A model generated the notes under the pieces. That model was not told the DNA's origin and made no database searches. It saw only the letters and a program-made list of their open reading frames with translations. Shown piece by piece: positions 17,023 through 26,818 of a stretch of 42,519 nucleotides of DNA. Origin of the DNA: an uncultured Pirellulales bacterium (GTDB lineage: Bacteria > Planctomycetota > Planctomycetia > Pirellulales > CAYZVT01); the NCBI GenBank assembly GCA_964481585.1, contig CAYZVT010000002.1, positions 1 to 42,519 of the forward strand, given 5' to 3'. The first letter of the stretch is position 1. Every line of letters begins with the position of its first letter. The translations under genes were made by a program, and so were the position numbers.

Positions 17023-19257
17023 ATGACGAACCCATCGCTTGGTGGCGACACCGCAGGCGGACCTGGCCGGGGGGCGGTTCAAACCGCTCCGCCGCGCTAT
17101 GTCGAGGCGCCGGTGGTCGTGCCCCAAAGTGACTTCGGCCCCAAGGGCTCGCCCATTACCGTGGCGTTCGTCCTCCGCGCCATTCGGCGGTGGTGGAAAG
17201 TGGCCACGCCGCTGGCGTTGGTGCTGGCGGCGATTGCGGCGGCGGCCCTCTATATTCGCTTCCACCCAATCTACGCGGCTAGTAGCTGGTTGCGCATCGA
17301 GAACCAGCAGCCGTACGTGATCTACAATACGAACGAATCGCGCGGCTTCGTCAACACCCAGGTGCAGTTGATGCGCAGCCCGCTCGTGCTTGAACGCGTC
17401 GTGGCCGAGCCGGACATCGCCCGTTTTGAAGACATCACTTCACGCGACGAACCGGTCGATTGGCTGGCGTCGAATCTCTCCGTTGGCTCGCGCGGCGGTT
17501 CGGAACTGTTCGTGGTTAGCTTCCGCTCCAGCAATCCTCAGCAAGCGGCGGCGATCACCAACGCGATCGTCGAGGCCTACTTCAAGATTCAGTCGCAGGA
17601 AGACGCCGTCCGCACGCAGCGCGTGATCGAACTGCTCGAAGACGAAAAAGCGCGGCGGGCCGAGATCGTAACGCGCCTGCGGGAGAACATCCGCGCGCTG
17701 CAAAGCGATCGGTCCGAGACGAATCCTTTCGCTAGCTCGGTGCTCTCCGACGGCAGTTTCCGTCATCCGATTTCAGAACTCCAAGGCCACATCACACAGA
17801 CCGAGGTCGAACGCGAGATCTTGCAGGCCAAGCTCAAAGCTACCGAAGAATCTGTCGATCGTGAGGTGGAAGTCCCGGCCAGCGTGATCGAGCAGGCGGT
17901 CGAAAATCATCCGCAAATGAGAGACCTGCGCGATAAGCGTCAGGGCTATCTCGTGCGGCTCGATGAGATTGAACGGACCGCCGTGCGTGGCAAGGAACAT
18001 CCCGCCTATATTGCCACCAAGGAAATGCTCACGGCCAACGACAAGGCGATGGACGAGCTGCGCGAGGAACTCCGCGAGCAGGTCGTGGAGGAAGAAAAGC
18101 GGCGCATGGAGAACGCCCGCACGGCAGAAATCGCCAAAATGAAGGCGCGCCTCAAGAGCCTGGCGCTGACCGAAGAAATCTATCGCACGAAGTACTTCAA
18201 GCAGCTCAAAGAGGTCCACAAGTCCGACGGGCAATCGCTCGACTTGGAGTTCCGTCGCACGGAACTGGCACGCGAGGAGAAGGTCTTCGAGATGATCGCG
18301 GCCCGGACGCTCAAGCTGCGGACCGAGACCCGCGCCCCGGCGCGTGTCACGCTGCTGCGCGCGGCCACGCCGCCCAAATCGCCATCGAACGCGCTGAACT
18401 ACAAGAAGATCTCGATGTTGGCGATGGGGGTCTTCTGCGTGCCGTTTGGCTTGGCGGTGCTGTGGGAGCGCATCATCCGCCGCGTCGACGATCCGCAACA
18501 ACTCTGGCAAGCCGATCTGACCGTGGTGGGCGAAATCGCCCGTCTGCCGGTCAACGCCACCGGCGGTCGCACCTCGGCCGCCAAGAGCAAGCAAGCGGCG
18601 CGCGACGTGAGCCTGTTTGAAGAGAGCATCGACAGCTTGCGAACCTGCCTGGTGCTTTCCGAACCGCAGGCCGATTCGCGCATCCTTGTGATCTCCAGCG
18701 CCGTCAGTGGCGAAGGCAAGACCAGCGTCGCGGCGCAGTTGGCGGTGAGCGTCGCGCGCTCGACCGGCGAGACGACCTTGCTGATCGACGCCGATATGCG
18801 TTCGCCCGATATTCACAACGTCTTCGGCATTCCGAACGAGCCGGGCTTGGCCCAGGTGCTCAGCCGCGAATGTACGGTCAAAGAAGCGATCGTGACAAGC
18901 TGGAGCAACTACGTTCACCTCTTGCCGGCCGGCGTGCTGAAGGCCAGCCCGCACAAGCTCTTGGGCGATGGCAGCCTTAAAGCGCTGCTCGCGGAGCTGC
19001 GCAAGACCTACCGACACATCATCATTGACACGTCCCCCATCTTGTCTGCAAGTGAATCCCTGGTGCTGGCCAAAGCCGCCGACGCAGCCCTGCTGTGCGC
19101 GATGCGGGATGTGAGCCGAGTGGACCAGGTCCAGAAGGCCTACGAGCGCCTGGTCAACACCGGCGCGCGGCCTTTGGGCACCGTACTCAACGGCGTCCCC
19201 ACCGGGCGCTACGCTTATCTCTACGGAACCTACGCCTACGCCCGCGAATCGCAGTAG
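17023..19257 (+). CDS. wzc: Polysaccharide co-polymerase / BY-kinase (Wzc-like)
   Basis: Two TMs flanking a coiled coil; SAVSGEGKTS (Walker A), LLIDADMRSP, IIIDTSP; Tyr-rich tail RYAYLYGTYAY. Confidence 0.92.
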   Translation: MTNPSLGGDTAGGPGRGAVQTAPPRYVEAPVVVPQSDFGPKGSPITVAFVLRAIRRWWKVATPLALVLAAIAAAALYIRFHPIYAASSWLRIENQQPYVIYNTNESRGFVNTQVQLMRSPLVLERVVAEPDIARFEDITSRDEPVDWLASNLSVGSRGGSELFVVSFRSSNPQQAAAITNAIVEAYFKIQSQEDAVRTQRVIELLEDEKARRAEIVTRLRENIRALQSDRSETNPFASSVLSDGSFRHPISELQGHITQTEVEREILQAKLKATEESVDREVEVPASVIEQAVENHPQMRDLRDKRQGYLVRLDEIERTAVRGKEHPAYIATKEMLTANDKAMDELREELREQVVEEEKRRMENARTAEIAKMKARLKSLALTEEIYRTKYFKQLKEVHKSDGQSLDLEFRRTELAREEKVFEMIAARTLKLRTETRAPARVTLLRAATPPKSPSNALNYKKISMLAMGVFCVPFGLAVLWERIIRRVDDPQQLWQADLTVVGEIARLPVNATGGRTSAAKSKQAARDVSLFEESIDSLRTCLVLSEPQADSRILVISSAVSGEGKTSVAAQLAVSVARSTGETTLLIDADMRSPDIHNVFGIPNEPGLAQVLSRECTVKEAIVTSWSNYVHLLPAGVLKASPHKLLGDGSLKALLAELRKTYRHIIIDTSPILSASESLVLAKAADAALLCAMRDVSRVDQVQKAYERLVNTGARPLGTVLNGVPTGRYAYLYGTYAYARESQ

Positions 19258-19362
19258 CGCGGCGGCCAAGGCATACCCCCAGCAGGGTCGCTGGGGAGCT
19301 ACTATCGACCGGCGCGCGGTTTGGCAGGCAAGCCCCAGCGCTGGTGCGGAGAACTTGATCCC

Positions 19363-22300
19363 GTGAGCACTGCTGAATCCCCGATCTTGGAAAGCTCCGT
19401 GAAAGGCTCGCCCGGCCGTGGCTTTCCTCCGTCGGCCGACAGCCGAGAAACGGTGCGCGTGCTGAACTGGAAGCTGCTGATCGGAACGTTCGTCGCCCTG
19501 ATCGTTCTGGTGCCGGCGATCTACTTCTGGCACGGCATGCAGGTCAACCGCACGGCGGTCGTTTATATCGATCGCGCCGAAAAGTTGGAACAGGAAGGCA
19601 AATACGCCGAAGCCGCCGAATGCCTGCATCGGTATCTGCGCGTGCGGCCGAGTGGTCCTGACGCGGCCGCCGTGCGCGTTCGCCTGGCGAAGACCTTCGA
19701 CCAGGCGGCAACGGACCCGGGCCGGAAGCAGCGGGCGATCGAGCTATACTTCCGCGCCGTGGGCTTGGCGCCGCGCGATGAGTCACTGCGCCGCCGCCTG
19801 GGCGAACTGCTGCTCGAGGACCGCCGCTTCTCGGGAGCCGAGGAACAGGCTGCGGAGTTGCTCAAGCTCGTGCCGCAAGATCCGGTCGGCTTGCGCGTGG
19901 CGGCCCTGGCAGCCTATGGCCGCTTCGCGCTCGGGGAGCGCGCAGCCATGGGTAAGGACGACGTCCTCAAGACGTTCCACCGCGCACTACGGGTCGATCC
20001 CGCGAATATTCAGCTTTCTTCGACGCTGGCGCGCATCTATCGCCAGGACATGACCGATCTTGAGGAGCCGAATCGCCTGAAGCTGGCGGACGAGGTGATG
20101 AATCGGCTCGTCGAGGCAAACCCGACCAGCGCCGAGGCGCGCTTGGCGCGTTACGCTTACCGCTTGCAGTACGAGCTGGAAGGCACGCAAGAGGACATTG
20201 ACGCCGCGCTGAAGCTCGGCCCGAACGATCTGTCGGTGGTCTTGACCGCCGGAGAGCATGCCTTGCGCCAGGGGGTGCTGGCGGCCAAGGAGAAGCGAAC
20301 CGATCAGCGGATCGCCAGCTACCAAAAGGCCGAGGCCGCATTTCGCAAGGCGATTGAAATTGCCCCGAAAGATGAACGAGGCCACCTCGGACTCGGGCAA
20401 ACCTTCCTCGCCCAAAACAAGGCCGGACTGGCTGTCGACACCTGGCGCGAAGGCTTGAAGGCGGTCGGCGAGGACAATATCGAACTGAATGCTCGCTTGG
20501 GCAGCCAGTTCATCATGCTGGGACGCTTTGACGAAGCCCGCGAGCATCTTGAAACTCTAGAGGCTGCCATTGATCGGCTCTCGCCGCGCTTGTCTCGGAT
20601 CGGGCGCAACGCGGCCAGCAGCGCCATCGACTTTCTGCGCGCCAAGTGGCATGCCGGCCAAGGCAATCATCGCCAGACCGTCACGCTCCTGCGCGGCGTG
20701 ATCGCCACGCGCAACGCGATCGGGGGCACGCAGCGCAACGAGGCGGAGCAGTTCGAAGCGTGGATGCTGCTGGGCAACGCCTACTCGAATCTTAGCCAAT
20801 GGGACCAGGCGGCGGCCGCCTTCGATGAAGCGGTCGCCCTCCGCCCGGCCTCGACCCAAGCCCGCTTGGGCGCCGCGCAGGCCTGGTCCAACGCCGGCCG
20901 GCTCGGCGCGGCCAACGCCCACTTTGAGCAAATTCTGGGCGAGCAGGGCGCTCCGGCGGGGGTCTGGTTGGCTTCGATGGAAACGCGTCTCAAACGCCAA
21001 CTTTCGCTCCCGAGCGAGCAACGCAATTGGCAAGCTCTGTATGAGCAGCTGAGCAATGCGCCGAGCGAGGTGCGCGATACTTGGCAGTTAAGACTCCTGC
21101 AGGCGGACTATGTTCTCGCCAGTGGCGGTCGCCCCGCGATCGAAAAAGCCGTGGCGCTCCTCAAGCAGGCGGAACAGCGGCACCCGAAAGACCAGGAGCT
21201 TCTGCAGCGGCTCGTCGTTATCTACGAGCGGCTCGGCCAATCGGCGGACGCGGAGCGCGTGCTGAGGGAATTTGCGCGGCTTGTGGGACGGAGCGCGCGG
21301 CTCTATCTCGTGCAGGCCGAACTACTCGCCGGACGCGGCAAGGTCGACGATGCGGTGCAGCTGCTCGAAAGCGGCCTGAAGAGGCTCCCGGAGCAGCAGC
21401 ACACCGCCTTGCTCTACGGTAAGGTGCAGCTCATCTTGCGTCAGGGCAAACTGGCCGAAGCGCAGCAGGTGCTTGCGCAACTGCACCAGATGCACCCGTC
21501 CAACGCGGCCGTGGTGCGCGAGCTTGCCGAACTGAGCTTTGAGCTACGTGCGTTTGACGATGTCGAAAAGTGGGAAAGAAAACTTGCCGAACTAGAAGGC
21601 TCCGACAGTACGCACTGGCGTTATTACCGCGCTCGGCGGCTCCTGGCGCAGACCGAAAGCAGCACCGATCCGCGGTTCGTCGAAGCCCTCGAACTGCAAA
21701 AGAAGATCATCGCCGAACGTCCCTCCTGGGCGGCCGGGCAGCTATTGCGGGGCCTAGTCGCGCAGCGGCAAGGGAAGCTGGATCAGGCGATCGACGCCTA
21801 CCAGACGGCAATCGATCTGGGCGAGAGCCGACTGGGCGTGTACGAGCAACTGATCGAACTGCTCTACCAGGCCCAGCGCTTTGCCGAAGCCGAGAAGTTC
21901 CTGGCTCGCCTGCAAGACAACGTCGCACTGTCGGATCGGCTCTCGTCGGTCGAAATCTCGCTTGCTTATCAGCGGGGCGAGAAGGAGCGGGCGATCGAGC
22001 TTGCCCGCAAGGCGGTCGAGCGCCAGCCCCAGGACCCGATGGCCCAGATCCGACTCGGCCACACGCTCTTGCTCGGTGGCGAAGAGGAGGAAGCGGGGAA
22101 AGTCTTCCGCAAGGCGCGCCAGCTTGCTCCCAACGACGTCCAGGTTTGGAACGGCCTGCTATCGTACTATCTGCGCACGAATCAAAAAGAGCAGGCGATT
22201 CAGACGCTGGAAAACCTGCCCAACGACGCCAAGCTAACCGCCGCGCAGCGCTCCTTCATTCTGGCCCAGGGCTACGAGCTGATCGGCGACGGCGACAAGG

Positions 22301-23775
22301 CGGCGCTGCACTACAAGGACGCGCAGCGGCTCGCTCCGCAGGACGTCGCCGTGCATCTCCGCATCGCCGAGTTCCTGTTGAATCGTGATGTTGAGGCGGC
22401 CGAGCGCACGCTGCGGCACGTGCTGAAGCTCGACCCGCAGCAAGGTCAGGCACGGCGTAGTCTCGCGTCGATCCTCGTCGCCCGAGGCGGCGAAGCCGAA
22501 TGGCAGGAAGCACAAACGCTGCTCGAAGCCGGCGGCGGCGCGGTCGCCGCATCACTCGATCAGCGGCTGCAAGCCAATTTGCTCGCGCGGCGCGGCGGCG
22601 TCAAAAACCGCACGAAGGCGCGTCAGATTCTCGAACAACTCGTGCTCAATCCACAAGCGAGCGAGCCGGGCGATCGCCTGCTCCTAGCACGGCTCTACGA
22701 AGCCGAGGACAAATTGCTCGCGGCCCGCGATCAGTACGTCGCTCTGGTCGGACGCGAAGATCCAGATCCGTCCCATCTTTCGCTGTTCGTCGACCTGTTG
22801 TTGCGTCACGAGGAGACCGACGAAGCCGAACGTTGGCTACGGCGATTGAGCGAGCTTGCTCCTGATGATCTGAACACGATCAGTCTTCAGACGCGGTTGC
22901 TCAAGGCGCAGCAGCGCGATGCCGAAATCGACTCCTACGTGGAAGCCTACGCCAAGAAGCAGTGGGATCAGCTTACCGAGCAAGGAGAGCGGACGCAGCT
23001 TTGCCTGAGCATTGGCAATCTGTACACGGGCATTGAAATGCATGTTGCGGCCCAGAAGTGGTACGAGAAGCTGGCGGAACTGGCACCGCAGGCCTATCAG
23101 CCGCTGGCCCGCTGCTTGGCGGCTCAAGACCGCATGGCAGCCGCCATCGAACTGTGCAAACAAAAAGCACTCACCGACAAATCACCGCAAGCAGCAATCG
23201 TGCTTGCCGCCGTGCTTGGCAGCGGCGAACCGAGATCCGAGGATTACGCGCTGGCGGAGCCGCTGCTGCGCGAGGCGCTGAAAGCGCACAAGTCGAACGT
23301 CGATCTGCTCTTCTCGGTGGCGTACATTCGCACGGTACAGCAGCGTAACGAAGACGCCGTGGCGCTCTACGAGCAGATCCGCGCGTTGCAGCCCCGTCAC
23401 GTCCCGACGCTAAACAACTTAGCTGCCGTCCTGTCAGAAATGCGGGGACGCCAGCAGGAAGCTTTGAAGCACGCCAACCAGGCGATCGACATCGCCGGCC
23501 CGCAGCCGGCATTGCTCGACACCAAGGCGATGGTCCTGCTTCACAGCGACCCGCAGCAGGCCGTCTTGCTGTTGCTTGAGGCTACCTCGCTTCCCGATCC
23601 CGATCCGCGCTACTACCTGCACCTTGCGCTCGCGTACCAGCGGCTCGGCGATCTGCCCAAGGCGAACAAAGCGTTGGAAGCAGCGCGGGCGAACGAGTTG
23701 GATGAGCAAACCTTAACCCGTAGTGATTCGCGGCTGCTCGAAGGCCTGGAAACCGCCCTCCGCAGCCGTACCTAA
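19363..23775 (+). CDS. Very large TPR-repeat protein with N-terminal membrane anchor
   Basis: LNWKLLIGTFVALIVLVPAIYFW anchor followed by ~1400 aa of TPRs, ending TLNNLAAVLS...LLDTKAMV...YLHLALAY. GTG 19363 follows GGAGAA. Confidence 0.88.
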   Translation: MSTAESPILESSVKGSPGRGFPPSADSRETVRVLNWKLLIGTFVALIVLVPAIYFWHGMQVNRTAVVYIDRAEKLEQEGKYAEAAECLHRYLRVRPSGPDAAAVRVRLAKTFDQAATDPGRKQRAIELYFRAVGLAPRDESLRRRLGELLLEDRRFSGAEEQAAELLKLVPQDPVGLRVAALAAYGRFALGERAAMGKDDVLKTFHRALRVDPANIQLSSTLARIYRQDMTDLEEPNRLKLADEVMNRLVEANPTSAEARLARYAYRLQYELEGTQEDIDAALKLGPNDLSVVLTAGEHALRQGVLAAKEKRTDQRIASYQKAEAAFRKAIEIAPKDERGHLGLGQTFLAQNKAGLAVDTWREGLKAVGEDNIELNARLGSQFIMLGRFDEAREHLETLEAAIDRLSPRLSRIGRNAASSAIDFLRAKWHAGQGNHRQTVTLLRGVIATRNAIGGTQRNEAEQFEAWMLLGNAYSNLSQWDQAAAAFDEAVALRPASTQARLGAAQAWSNAGRLGAANAHFEQILGEQGAPAGVWLASMETRLKRQLSLPSEQRNWQALYEQLSNAPSEVRDTWQLRLLQADYVLASGGRPAIEKAVALLKQAEQRHPKDQELLQRLVVIYERLGQSADAERVLREFARLVGRSARLYLVQAELLAGRGKVDDAVQLLESGLKRLPEQQHTALLYGKVQLILRQGKLAEAQQVLAQLHQMHPSNAAVVRELAELSFELRAFDDVEKWERKLAELEGSDSTHWRYYRARRLLAQTESSTDPRFVEALELQKKIIAERPSWAAGQLLRGLVAQRQGKLDQAIDAYQTAIDLGESRLGVYEQLIELLYQAQRFAEAEKFLARLQDNVALSDRLSSVEISLAYQRGEKERAIELARKAVERQPQDPMAQIRLGHTLLLGGEEEEAGKVFRKARQLAPNDVQVWNGLLSYYLRTNQKEQAIQTLENLPNDAKLTAAQRSFILAQGYELIGDGDKAALHYKDAQRLAPQDVAVHLRIAEFLLNRDVEAAERTLRHVLKLDPQQGQARRSLASILVARGGEAEWQEAQTLLEAGGGAVAASLDQRLQANLLARRGGVKNRTKARQILEQLVLNPQASEPGDRLLLARLYEAEDKLLAARDQYVALVGREDPDPSHLSLFVDLLLRHEETDEAERWLRRLSELAPDDLNTISLQTRLLKAQQRDAEIDSYVEAYAKKQWDQLTEQGERTQLCLSIGNLYTGIEMHVAAQKWYEKLAELAPQAYQPLARCLAAQDRMAAAIELCKQKALTDKSPQAAIVLAAVLGSGEPRSEDYALAEPLLREALKAHKSNVDLLFSVAYIRTVQQRNEDAVALYEQIRALQPRHVPTLNNLAAVLSEMRGRQQEALKHANQAIDIAGPQPALLDTKAMVLLHSDPQQAVLLLLEATSLPDPDPRYYLHLALAYQRLGDLPKANKALEAARANELDEQTLTRSDSRLLEGLETALRSRT

Positions 23776-23834
23776 CCTTCACCTCCCCCAGCACGGAGCC
23801 TTCGCTTCGATCGCGGGAAGGGCAAAGCGAGACA

Positions 23835-24503
23835 ATGATGAATAAGACACTGATCACCTACGGCAGTTTGTGCCTTCTGGTCGGCCTGACCGTGATCTCC
23901 GGTCTGGTTCAGGGCAAGCTGACCAACCGTTGGGGCGTGCCCCAGGACATGCAAGCCGCGGCCGAGCGATTCAAGAGAATCCCGACCGAGTTTGGAGAGT
24001 GGCAACTCCAAAAAGAAGAAAAAATGTCCGATCTGATTGTCGAAACTCTGCAATGTTCAGGTTACATTAATGGTTCCTATGTCAACCGGAGCACGGGGGA
24101 AGTCGTTAGCGCCTTTGTCATTCTCGGTCCGCCCGGCCCGATTTCGGTTCATACGCCCGAGATTTGCTACTCCAGCAAGAACTACGCCATCACCGAATCG
24201 CGTTCGCGAGTAAAGGTGGGAAATCCGAACACCTCCCGCGACGAGTTGTGGGCGATGACGCTTCGCTCGCACGACGTCAGCGCGGATTTGCTGCGGGTGT
24301 ACTACGGCTGGGCCAACGCCGGACAGTGGACCGCGCCAGAAAGCCCTCGTTTTACCTACGGGGGCGATTCGCTGCTTTTCAAAATTCAACTCGCTTCCTA
24401 CTTGCCACCGGACACGAACCTAAAGCAAGACGACACGTGCCGCCGATTCTTGCAGGCGTTCTTGCCGGTACTGAACGAGGCGCTCTTTAGCGAGCAGAAA
24501 TAG
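23835..24503 (+). CDS. epsI: Exosortase-associated EpsI-family protein
   Basis: N-terminal TM, IPTEFGEWQ, SVHTPEICY; exosortase context. Confidence 0.8.
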   Translation: MMNKTLITYGSLCLLVGLTVISGLVQGKLTNRWGVPQDMQAAAERFKRIPTEFGEWQLQKEEKMSDLIVETLQCSGYINGSYVNRSTGEVVSAFVILGPPGPISVHTPEICYSSKNYAITESRSRVKVGNPNTSRDELWAMTLRSHDVSADLLRVYYGWANAGQWTAPESPRFTYGGDSLLFKIQLASYLPPDTNLKQDDTCRRFLQAFLPVLNEALFSEQK

Positions 24504-24554
24504 CGACACCTCTTCTCCTTATCCGTTTCGCTGCGTCTTCTTCAGGTGAACTGC

Positions 24555-25589
24555 ATGAGCTTTGCGAGCAAAACCTCGGCTGCTGGGCATGAAGGAGCGG
24601 ACTCGCCGTCGGGCAGAACCGCTTCTTCGCCGACTCGTCGGGCCCGCTATCACCGCTGGAAGGGCCTCATCGGACGTATCCTTGCTGCGGTGCTGCTCGT
24701 GCCAGGGCTGCCGATCATCGGCCTGCTCATCGTGCTCGTACGGCTCACCTCGCCCGGCCCGGGCATCTATCGTCAGGTGCGGGTCGGCCTGGGCGGCAAG
24801 ACGTTCGCTATGTTCAAGATTCGCACCATGCGCAATGATGCCGAGGTCAAGAGCGGCCCGGCCTGGACGCAAAAGAATGACCCCCGCGTCACGCCCGTCG
24901 GGCGCGTCTTGCGCAAGCTGCACTTGGACGAGTTCCCCCAACTGTTCAACGTGCTGCGCGGCGAAATGGCGCTGATTGGTCCTCGCCCGGAGCGGCCAGA
25001 ATTCACGCAGGTTCTGGCCCGCGAGATTCCGGACTACATGGACCGCGTGCTGGTGCTGCCGGGCATCACGGGCTTGGCTCAGATTAATCTGCCTCCCGAT
25101 ACGGACCTGGACAGCGTCCGCCGGAAGCTCGTGCTCGATCTGGAATATGTGCGCACGGCGACCCCGATGATCGATGTGCGGATGATGGCCTGCACGCTCT
25201 TGCGGATGCTGGGTTTGCGCGGCGACTACGCGATGCGGCTGATGCGGCTACAGCGCTCCGTCGTGCTCCAAAACTGCAAGTACACCAGCGAGCACATTAA
25301 CGGCACCCCGACCGGGCATTGCACGCCGGCCTCGATCGCCGAGGCCGCGCTGCAGCGCGCGCACACCTCCACCGCCTCGTCCAAGGGACAGACGCCTGCG
25401 GCCAAGCCGGCCCAGGGGGCTGCCCCGCGGCTGCTCGACGGGCTTGCCAGCGTTAACGCGCCGGTGGCCGGCAATGGTAAAGCCTTGAACGGCAAACCTG
25501 CGGCAAACGGAGTTGCCTTGGAAACCGGATGCACCAACGGGGTCGTCGGCTCGCTGGCTGGCAACGAGGACCGTCTGGGCACTCGTTAA
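24555..25589 (+). CDS. Priming undecaprenyl-phosphate sugar phosphotransferase (Bac_transf)
   Basis: SPGPGIYRQVRVG, FKIRTM, DPRVTPVGRVLRKLHLDEFPQLFNVLRGEMALIGPRPERP, PGITGLAQI. Confidence 0.93.
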   Translation: MSFASKTSAAGHEGADSPSGRTASSPTRRARYHRWKGLIGRILAAVLLVPGLPIIGLLIVLVRLTSPGPGIYRQVRVGLGGKTFAMFKIRTMRNDAEVKSGPAWTQKNDPRVTPVGRVLRKLHLDEFPQLFNVLRGEMALIGPRPERPEFTQVLAREIPDYMDRVLVLPGITGLAQINLPPDTDLDSVRRKLVLDLEYVRTATPMIDVRMMACTLLRMLGLRGDYAMRLMRLQRSVVLQNCKYTSEHINGTPTGHCTPASIAEAALQRAHTSTASSKGQTPAAKPAQGAAPRLLDGLASVNAPVAGNGKALNGKPAANGVALETGCTNGVVGSLAGNEDRLGTR

Positions 25590-25604
25590 CCCCATCTTGT
25601 CGCG

Positions 25605-26477
25605 ATGCGTCCTCTCAATGCCTTCACGGTCGATGTCGAAGACTACTATCAAGTCTCGGCATTTGAACGCTCCATTTCGCGCGACTGCTGGGAGCAGTTT
25701 CCTAGCCGCGTCGTTACCAATACCCAACTCATCTTGAGGCTGCTCGCTCAACACCAGGTTCACGGCACGTTCTTCATCCTGGGCTGGGTCGCGGAAAAGC
25801 ACCCCGAGCTGGTCCGCGAGATTCATCAGGCGGGGCACGAAGTTGCCTCGCATAGTTACTGGCATCGGCTCGTGTATGAACTGACCCCAGAGCAGTTCCG
25901 CGACGATCTGCGGCGGTCGCGCGACGTGCTCCAGCAGATTACCGCTCAGCCGGTCACGGCCTATCGGGCTCCCAGCTTTTCCATCACCCAGCGTTCGCTG
26001 TGGGCGCTCGACATCCTGGCCGAAGAGGGATTCACCGTCGATTCGAGCATCTTTCCCATCTACCACGATCGCTACGGGATTCCGGGAGCCGAGCCGCGCA
26101 TCCACGACCTGGCCACTGCGTCCGGGCCGCTCCGCGAGTTTCCTCCCTCGATCGTGAAGGTCGGCGCGTGGAATCTGCCGGTGTCGGGGGGCGGGTATTT
26201 TCGGCTTTATCCTTGGCCGTTCAGTCGCCGTCTCCTGCAGCGGGTCAACCGCCAGCAACCCTTCATGTTTTATGTTCATCCGTGGGAGGTCGATCCGCAC
26301 CAGCCGCGTCTGGCGGTGGGGGGACGGCTGAGCCGGTTTCGCCATTACGTGAACCTGACAGCAACAGCGAGGAAACTGGATCGATTGCTGCGGACGTTCC
26401 GGTTCGGCCGGATGTGCGACGTGTTAGCCCAGGATGCACCGCCGAGGCCGTCGTCGGCAGCCGGCGCGGCGTCCTAA
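25605..26477 (+). CDS. Exosortase-system polysaccharide deacetylase (DUF3473)
   Basis: NAFTVDVEDYYQV, TFFILGWVAE, HEVASHSYWH, YRAPSFSI, GGGYFRLYP, YVHPWEVDP. Confidence 0.92.
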   Translation: MRPLNAFTVDVEDYYQVSAFERSISRDCWEQFPSRVVTNTQLILRLLAQHQVHGTFFILGWVAEKHPELVREIHQAGHEVASHSYWHRLVYELTPEQFRDDLRRSRDVLQQITAQPVTAYRAPSFSITQRSLWALDILAEEGFTVDSSIFPIYHDRYGIPGAEPRIHDLATASGPLREFPPSIVKVGAWNLPVSGGGYFRLYPWPFSRRLLQRVNRQQPFMFYVHPWEVDPHQPRLAVGGRLSRFRHYVNLTATARKLDRLLRTFRFGRMCDVLAQDAPPRPSSAAGAAS

Positions 26478-26619
26478 TCGGCAGACATCGTAGCTCTTCG
26501 CTGAACTACCCAAGCCGCGGCATCGACAGCACCTGTGCTGGCTGCACGAGATGGCCGTAAGTCGTGATACCGCGAGTCGTTCGGCGCGCGCATTAGTGGC
26601 CCCGTTCGGAGCCGAGAGG

Positions 26620-26654
26620 TATACTGACTCAATGTCATTTACGAGACATTGAGT
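26620..26654 (+). promoter_or_regulatory. TATACT -10-like hexamer followed by a perfect 10-bp inverted repeat (operator-like)
   Basis: TATACT at 26620-26625; ACTCAATGTC (26627-26636), N8, GACATTGAGT (26645-26654). Confidence 0.45.
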
Positions 26655-26818
26655 TCCTGTCGTGGCTGCAAAATCAGCCGTTTTCTGAGGATTTTTCGGG
26701 TGCCAGCGCAACCCACAGGGACGGAGTCCGCGCGGGCCACGCCTTTAGGGACATCCCTTAGCCACTGGTTGGCTCCCTTCCCTCTCCTTGCGCGCGTTTG
26801 CTCGCTCTCTCGGCCGTC

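Noticed and set aside
17773-19629. 618-aa minus-strand ORF
   Set aside because: Antisense shadow of wzc and the TPR gene.
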